Shown one piece after another: positions 57,535 to 64,000 of a stretch of DNA of 64,000 nucleotides. The DNA is taken from positions 3,354 through 67,353 of the forward strand of contig JBDRJV010000007.1 of NCBI GenBank assembly GCA_043814605.1, read 5' to 3'. The notes beneath the pieces were generated by a model. That model saw only the letters and a program-made list of their open reading frames with translations, was not told where the DNA came from and did no database searches. Within the stretch, counting starts at the first letter, position 1, and the number at the start of each line of letters is the position of its first letter. Source of the DNA: Candidatus Omnitrophota bacterium. GTDB taxonomy: Bacteria > Omnitrophota > Gorgyraeia > B26-G9. A program made the translations under genes and the position numbers.

Positions 57535-58593
57535 ATGAAGAAAAAAGAAAAATATAATGTCGCAGTTGTGGGTGTGGGAGCAGTAGGAGTGGAAATGATT
57601 CGTGTGCTTAAACAGCATAAGTTTCCTTTAAATAAATTAAAAATTCTCGCCCGCAGTGAAAGAAAGATAATCATTGACGGAAAAGCTTATAATGTTGAAA
57701 AAATTACGCCGGATTCATTTAATAATATGGATTTTGCTCTTTTTGCCGGAACCGAAGGGGAAAAAGGCGCGGCGGTTACTTATGCTCAGGAAGCCGTAAA
57801 AAGAGGTGCGATTGTTATTGATAACGGAGCTGATTTTAGATTAAAAAAAGATGTACCGCTGGTTGTGCCGGAAGTTAACGGGATTGAGGCTAAACAAAAT
57901 AAGGGAATAATTTCTAATCCGAATTGTTCAACAATTCAGATGGTTGTAGCTTTAGCTCCGATTTATAAAAAAGCCGGGATTAAGCGGATTATTGTTTCTA
58001 CTTATCAAGCGGCATCAGGCGCAGGCCGTAGTGCGTTAAAACAGCTTTGGGATGAAGCTGGCCAGCTCTATGAAAAATCTAACTTAGTGAGTGTGGCACA
58101 TAATCCGATGCAAATTAAATATGATAAGCAGAGCCAGCCGGCATTTAGCCATCAGATTGCGTTTAATGTGCTGGCGCAAATCGGCGGATTCGGCCAAGAT
58201 AATTATACTTCAGAAGAATGGAAAATGGTCCATGAAACGCATAAAATATTGGGTTCAAATAAGATTAAGATTTCGGCGACATGTATTCGGGTACCGGTAC
58301 TGAATGCGCATTCAGAAGCAATTTATATCGAAACCAATAGATCAATTACTCCGGCTGAGATTATCAGGCTTTTAAAAAAATCAAAGGGCATAGTTGTAAT
58401 TGATGAACCAAAAAAAGGTAAATATCCTATGCCGGGATATGCTTCTAACCGGGATGAAGTATTTGTCGGCAGAATCCGTAAAGATCCTTATGTAAAAAAT
58501 GGTTTTTGGCTTTGGGTTGTCAGCGATAATTTACGCAAGGGAGCTGCAACTAATGCTGTGCAAATTGCGGAATTTTTAATTGGTAAACATTAA
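57535..58593 (+). CDS. asd: Aspartate-semialdehyde dehydrogenase
   Basis: NVAVVGVGAVG Rossmann motif and the catalytic Cys in SNPNCSTI. Confidence 0.9.
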   Translation: MKKKEKYNVAVVGVGAVGVEMIRVLKQHKFPLNKLKILARSERKIIIDGKAYNVEKITPDSFNNMDFALFAGTEGEKGAAVTYAQEAVKRGAIVIDNGADFRLKKDVPLVVPEVNGIEAKQNKGIISNPNCSTIQMVVALAPIYKKAGIKRIIVSTYQAASGAGRSALKQLWDEAGQLYEKSNLVSVAHNPMQIKYDKQSQPAFSHQIAFNVLAQIGGFGQDNYTSEEWKMVHETHKILGSNKIKISATCIRVPVLNAHSEAIYIETNRSITPAEIIRLLKKSKGIVVIDEPKKGKYPMPGYASNRDEVFVGRIRKDPYVKNGFWLWVVSDNLRKGAATNAVQIAEFLIGKH

Positions 58594-58653
58594 TTTTGCC
58601 CCATTTTTTGTCGAGAATTAAAAGTATTTTTAAGTTATTTATGAGCTTGGAGA

Positions 58654-59412
58654 TTGCCGGAATTGAGAAATTTATTATTAAAGATTGAATATGATGGAAC
58701 AAATTATCAGGGTTGGCAAACACAAAGAGTAAAAGGTAATATCCATAAAAATACTGTTCAAGCGACAATAGAAAAAAAACTCATGCAGATCCTGCAGCAT
58801 AAAATTATTCTTTGTAGCTCAGGCCGCACCGATTCCGGAGTCCATGCACGGGCGCAATATGCAAACTTTAGAACTCCTTCAGCCATTCTGCCTGCCAAAT
58901 TAAAAAAATCAATTAATGCTCTTTTGCCGAAAGATATCAGAGTTATTAGTATCAAAGAAGTAGGTACAGATTTTCACGCTAGGTTTTCGGCGAAAAGTAA
59001 GGTTTACCGGTACACGATTTTAAACCGGTCTTACCATTCTGCTTTTTTAAAAAATCATGTTTGTTTTATCGGACAAAAACTGAATGTAAATAAAATGCAG
59101 CAACAAGCAAAAATGCTAAAGGGCAGGCATGATTTTAAATCTTTTCAAGCTAGCGATAGAAAAATACGTGGTTCGATAAGGACGATAAAAAATATTGATG
59201 TTAAGAAAAAGGGCAGCCAAATTATAATTGATATTGAAGCAGATGGCTTTGTTTATAATATGGCCAGAAATATTGTGGGAACTTTAATCGAATTTGGTCG
59301 TGGTAAGCTTAGCGGCACCAATATGAAAAAAATTTTAAAAGCAAAAAATAGGTGTCAGTCTGGGCCAACCGCTAGTGCTTGTGGCTTGTGTCTCATTAAA
59401 GTTAATTACTGA
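58654..59412 (+). CDS. truA: tRNA pseudouridine(38-40) synthase
   Basis: KIEYDGTNYQGWQ and the GRTDSGVHA catalytic Asp motif. TTG start, with 58666 as an alternative. Confidence 0.85.
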   Translation: MPELRNLLLKIEYDGTNYQGWQTQRVKGNIHKNTVQATIEKKLMQILQHKIILCSSGRTDSGVHARAQYANFRTPSAILPAKLKKSINALLPKDIRVISIKEVGTDFHARFSAKSKVYRYTILNRSYHSAFLKNHVCFIGQKLNVNKMQQQAKMLKGRHDFKSFQASDRKIRGSIRTIKNIDVKKKGSQIIIDIEADGFVYNMARNIVGTLIEFGRGKLSGTNMKKILKAKNRCQSGPTASACGLCLIKVNY

Positions 59413-59541
59413 TGTTAAGTATTTTTTAAGAGTGAAGTTTCGGATAAAATCATTGACAATATTTGCTAAATCTGTTATTTTAAATTAAATATGATGGTAG
59501 CATATTTAGTTTAATGGGGGAAATTTAACCAAGGGGGAACA

Positions 59542-60573
59542 ATGACTCCAGAACTTAAAGGTCATGGCATTCCGTTTGATCCGATTGATTTTGATTTAGA
59601 AGAACCCATCAAGCAAGATTTCGTACAATCCCAAGAACCAGCCCTAGGGGATAAGCCTACACTGGCTGATGCTAAAAAGCCGCAGTTACCAAAGAAAAAA
59701 TTTGCAACCCGTTTTGTTTTAATTTTCTTTGTTCTTTTAGCCTTATCTGCTATAGGTGTTGCGGCGTATTATTATTTAGGTAAAGAAGAAGAAATTAGTA
59801 AAAGAATAGAAGTCGAAGCAACTTTAGCTACGGTTAAAGAGGAAAAAGTAATTGTGGAAAAAAATTTAGATGAAATTACTTTACAACGGGATCAGCTGCA
59901 GGTAGATGTGGAAGAAAGTAAAAGCAATTATAAAAGATTGTTAGTGGATTTTGAACAAGAACAAAACGCTAACAAAAAACTTGCCTCAGAGCTTGATAAA
60001 AGTGTAAAACAAATAACTTCGCTTAAGAAAGTTCTGGATAAGGAAGTAGAAAATAATGCCAAAATTAGCGCAAAGTTAACAATGTCTTCACGTGAATATG
60101 AAGACATAAAGCTGCAATTAAGCCAAATTAGAATGGCTAAAGAAGCTTTGGAGAATAGAATTTTGCAAATGAATAAAAAACAATCTCACAGCGGTGTGGA
60201 ATTGGAAAAAATTGTGGTTAATTCCAGCCCGCAAGATTTGCAACCGGAGACAGACTTAACACAAGAAACAACCAAGGTTAATTTTCAAAACTCACCGCTG
60301 CAAGCGTCAAAGCCCGTGTTTATTCCTTTGCCCCCTCCGGCTCGTTTGGAAGGGCAAGTGCTGGTGGTAAATAAAGAATTTGCTTTTGTGGTAATCAATA
60401 TCGGAGAAAAAGATGGCATAAAAAATTCAGAAGTTTTAGATGTTTATCATGGGCTGGAAAAAGTCGGGAAAGTTCAAATTGAAAGAATTTATGACACAAT
60501 GTCATCCGCGATTATTATTCCGGAGTCGACAAAACAGCAAATCAAAGAAGGCGATATTGTAAGGCTAATGTAG
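59542..60573 (+). CDS. Membrane-anchored coiled-coil protein with a C-terminal beta-rich domain, function unknown
   Basis: One TM helix (FVLIFFVLLALSAIGVAAYYY), about 150 aa of coiled coil, and a C-terminal GxVLVVNKEFAFVVINIG..DGI domain. Confidence 0.45.
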   Translation: MTPELKGHGIPFDPIDFDLEEPIKQDFVQSQEPALGDKPTLADAKKPQLPKKKFATRFVLIFFVLLALSAIGVAAYYYLGKEEEISKRIEVEATLATVKEEKVIVEKNLDEITLQRDQLQVDVEESKSNYKRLLVDFEQEQNANKKLASELDKSVKQITSLKKVLDKEVENNAKISAKLTMSSREYEDIKLQLSQIRMAKEALENRILQMNKKQSHSGVELEKIVVNSSPQDLQPETDLTQETTKVNFQNSPLQASKPVFIPLPPPARLEGQVLVVNKEFAFVVINIGEKDGIKNSEVLDVYHGLEKVGKVQIERIYDTMSSAIIIPESTKQQIKEGDIVRLM

Positions 60574-60660
60574 TATTTTTAGTAAAATAATTAATAAGGG
60601 GGAGTCTTAACTTCCCCTTATTCCTTTTTTTAGTTGAATTAATTTTAGTGGTGATTATTT

Positions 60661-61974
60661 ATGATGCAAATAAAAATAAAAAAAATCAATCGGATTTCCG
60701 GTGAATTTACAGTTCCGGCGGATAAGTCTGTTTCACAGCGGGCAATAATTTTAAGTGCTGTAGCTACTGGGACAACAATTATTGATAATTTTCTTAAAAG
60801 TGATGATACACAAAGAACAATTGCGGCATTTCAGGCAATGAAAATCCCCATAAAAATTAAGAGAATTAATAACCGTATCAGGGTAACTGTAAAGGGCAAA
60901 GGATTAACCGGGCTAAAAGTTCCGGCAACAGATCTGTTTATGGGTAATTCTGGTACAACAATGCGGCTGATTACGGGAATGTTAGCTGCGCAAAATTTTA
61001 AAACAAAACTAACCGGAGATTATTCTTTATCCCGCCGTCCAATGCAAAGAATTGTTAACCCGCTTAAAAAAATGGGGGCAAATATTCAGGGAAAATTTAA
61101 ATTCGGCCAAATTTATCCGCCCTTAGTGATTCAGGGGAAAAAATTAAAAGCAATAAATTATCGATTACCCGTAAAGAGTGCCCAGGTAAAATCAAGCATT
61201 TTGTTAGCGGGTCTTTATGCTAACGGAAAAACAGCAGTGAAAGAAATTTTAAAAACACGTGACCATACGGAAAGAATGCTTAAGCTTTTTAAGGCTGAAA
61301 TTTTAATTCAAGGGTTAAAGATTAAAATCTCCGGTGGCAGAGAATTAATCAGCCCTAAAAAAATGTTTATTCCGGGAGATCTTTCTTCTGCAGCTTTTTT
61401 TATGGTGGCAGCAGCAATAATTCCGGGGTCAAAATTAATCATCAGAGATGTAGGATTGAATCCCACCCGTATCGGGGTCATAAAATTGTTAAAAAAAATG
61501 GGTGCGAACATTAAAATTATAAAGAAAAATGCCCATTTAAAAGCTTATGAACCTTATGCGGATATTATAATTAAATCCAGTAATCTTAAAGGTATTACAA
61601 TCCGGGAAAAAGAGGTTGCGTTTTGTATTGATGAGTTACCGATTATTTGTGTTGCCGCCTGCTTGGCTACTGGCCGAACAAAGATTTTACGGGCAGATGA
61701 GCTAAGAATAAAAGAAACTGACCGAATTTTTTCAATGGTGAGTAATTTAAAAAAAATGGGCGCAGATATCAGAAATCAGGGAAATGATCTGATCATCAAG
61801 GGGAAAAGTGAGCTAACTGGAGCAATTGTGGATAGTTTTGGCGACCATCGCACAGCAATGTGTATGGCTATCGCGGGATTAAAAGCCTCCGGCGAGACGA
61901 TTATAAAAAATACTGATTGTATCAATAAATCTTTTCCGAATTTTCTGGAAATTTTAAGATTAATCCAGAATTGA
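60661..61974 (+). CDS. aroA: 3-phosphoshikimate 1-carboxyvinyltransferase (EPSP synthase)
   Basis: GNSGTTMRL and DHRTAM motifs. Confidence 0.9.
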   Translation: MMQIKIKKINRISGEFTVPADKSVSQRAIILSAVATGTTIIDNFLKSDDTQRTIAAFQAMKIPIKIKRINNRIRVTVKGKGLTGLKVPATDLFMGNSGTTMRLITGMLAAQNFKTKLTGDYSLSRRPMQRIVNPLKKMGANIQGKFKFGQIYPPLVIQGKKLKAINYRLPVKSAQVKSSILLAGLYANGKTAVKEILKTRDHTERMLKLFKAEILIQGLKIKISGGRELISPKKMFIPGDLSSAAFFMVAAAIIPGSKLIIRDVGLNPTRIGVIKLLKKMGANIKIIKKNAHLKAYEPYADIIIKSSNLKGITIREKEVAFCIDELPIICVAACLATGRTKILRADELRIKETDRIFSMVSNLKKMGADIRNQGNDLIIKGKSELTGAIVDSFGDHRTAMCMAIAGLKASGETIIKNTDCINKSFPNFLEILRLIQN

Positions 61975-62163
61975 CAGACCGAATTGATTGTGATATAACA
62001 ATAATACTATTTTAAAAGGTTTTTTTGGGCAATAGACAAAAAAAGGCGAAATTTTAATTTTAAACACAGTTTAAAATTTTGCGCTGGCTGTGTTTCTGAG
62101 CTAAAAGCAGATGTATTTATAACTAAAAAAATCCGGACCTTTTTAATTAAATGAGAGAGGTAA

Positions 62164-63231
<1,068 letters not shown>

Positions 63232-63247
63232 ATATTAAAAACTTGTT

Positions 63248-64000
63248 GTGTTTAGACAGAAAAAAATCCATTCAATCATCCCATTAGTTTTTATTTTTAT
63301 TGTAATATTTATCGTTAGCCCTCATAAATTAGTGCATTTAAAAAGTCATTTCTTATCTTTAATCAAAATACCTTTAAACTTTTCCATGCGTACTTATTTC
63401 ACTTTTTTAAATGCAAATCGCATATTTACGATTTACGCTGATTTTAAAGAAAACGAGAAAGAATTAAAAAATTTAAAATTTCAACTTAATAATTTTAATG
63501 AACTAAAACTTGAAAATGAGCGTTTACGTAAGTTATTGGAATTAAAACAGAATTTTGAATTTGCATTCCAACCCGCACAGGTTATCGGAAAAGAACCGAC
63601 AAATTGGTTGGACAGTTTAATTATCAATAAAGGGACAAATCACAACATTTTTATAAATCAGCCGATCATGGATGCTTCGGGGCTAATTGGAAAAATAATT
63701 GAGGTGGGTAATGATTGGGCAAAAGTGCTTTTGATCAGCGATTTAAATTCTCGAGTAGTTGTTTTGGTGCAGAGGACACGTGAAGAAGGGATGCTCGAAG
63801 GAATCGGCCGCGGTATGTGCCGTTTAAAATATTTACCGCTGGATGCGGATGTAAAATTAAATGATATTGTGATCAGTGCAGGAGTGGGCGGAGTTTATCC
63901 GAAAGGATTATTAGTGGGCCGGGTTGAGAGCATTCGCTTGCAGCGCGGCGGTATTTATAAGAGCTGTATTATTAAGCCCGCGGTTAAACTGTCCCAGGTG
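63248..64000 (+). CDS. mreC: Rod-shape-determining protein MreC (3' end beyond the window)
   Basis: GTG start. N-terminal TM helix, coiled coil, then the MreC beta-domain (GLIGKIIEV...LLVGRVESI). Confidence 0.75.
   Translation, partial: MFRQKKIHSIIPLVFIFIVIFIVSPHKLVHLKSHFLSLIKIPLNFSMRTYFTFLNANRIFTIYADFKENEKELKNLKFQLNNFNELKLENERLRKLLELKQNFEFAFQPAQVIGKEPTNWLDSLIINKGTNHNIFINQPIMDASGLIGKIIEVGNDWAKVLLISDLNSRVVVLVQRTREEGMLEGIGRGMCRLKYLPLDADVKLNDIVISAGVGGVYPKGLLVGRVESIRLQRGGIYKSCIIKPAVKLSQV

Overview
This 64 kb window is AT-rich and densely coding, almost certainly from an uncultivated anaerobic bacterium. Genes lie mostly on the + strand, with four minus-strand blocks: 13.2-16.0 kb, 33.6-36.7 kb, 42.4 kb and 42.7-46.8 kb. 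Many products have an archaeal-type flavour: Hel308/Ski2-like helicase, PAC2-family protein, Thi4 thiazole synthase, the COG1900/NIL-ferredoxin homocysteine pair, and type-2 LeuCD.

Gene content in order:
- **0.4-13 kb:** a compact exosortase/PEP-CTERM locus. It holds a large secreted beta-propeller-repeat protein, exosortase, EpsI, a sugar transferase with a sigma-54-type promoter, one PEP-CTERM/DUF4114 substrate, a polytopic membrane protein and a TPR lipoprotein. It is followed by a GAF histidine kinase, a sigma-54-dependent response regulator and a PocR-GAF protein.
- **13-23 kb:** a Hel308-like helicase, a PAC2-family protein, an Opp/Dpp-like ABC importer (two permeases, two ATPases, no binding protein) and GT9/GT2 glycosyltransferases.
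- **23.4-27.5 kb:** a seven-gene Mrp/Mbh-like membrane module with no MrpA.
- **27.8-31.6 kb:** an atypical [NiFe]-hydrogenase maturation set. HypA has its Zn finger cleanly deleted, HypF is reduced to its Kae1-like domain, HypC, HypD and HypE look normal, and there is no hypB or structural hydrogenase gene.
- **31.6-42.3 kb:** thi4, a COG1900 gene, a minus-strand CheC / GAF-HD-GYP / CheC operon, an rnfC-rnfD-rnfB trio with no rnfG/E/A followed by a RACo-like ASKHA ATPase gene, and mnmA.
- **42.3-46.8 kb:** a small minus-strand membrane-protein gene, tRNA-Leu(CAA), a hypothetical gene, a floA/nfeD operon, and tRNA-Ala(GGC) with a duplicated 3' end.
- **47-64 kb:** leuS, comEA, comEC, gmhB, a MarC-family gene, a frameshifted GxxExxY pseudogene, the NIL-ferredoxin gene, a GNAT gene, leuC-leuD-leuB, asd, truA, aroA, mreB and the start of mreC.

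The most unusual signal visible by eye is a dispersed family of modular, degenerate intergenic repeats with a strict 7-nt periodicity. At least eight intergenic regions carry them. Two copies share a conserved about 80-nt terminal block in which compensatory base changes preserve a small hairpin. I found no rRNA, CRISPR array, transposase or integrase.
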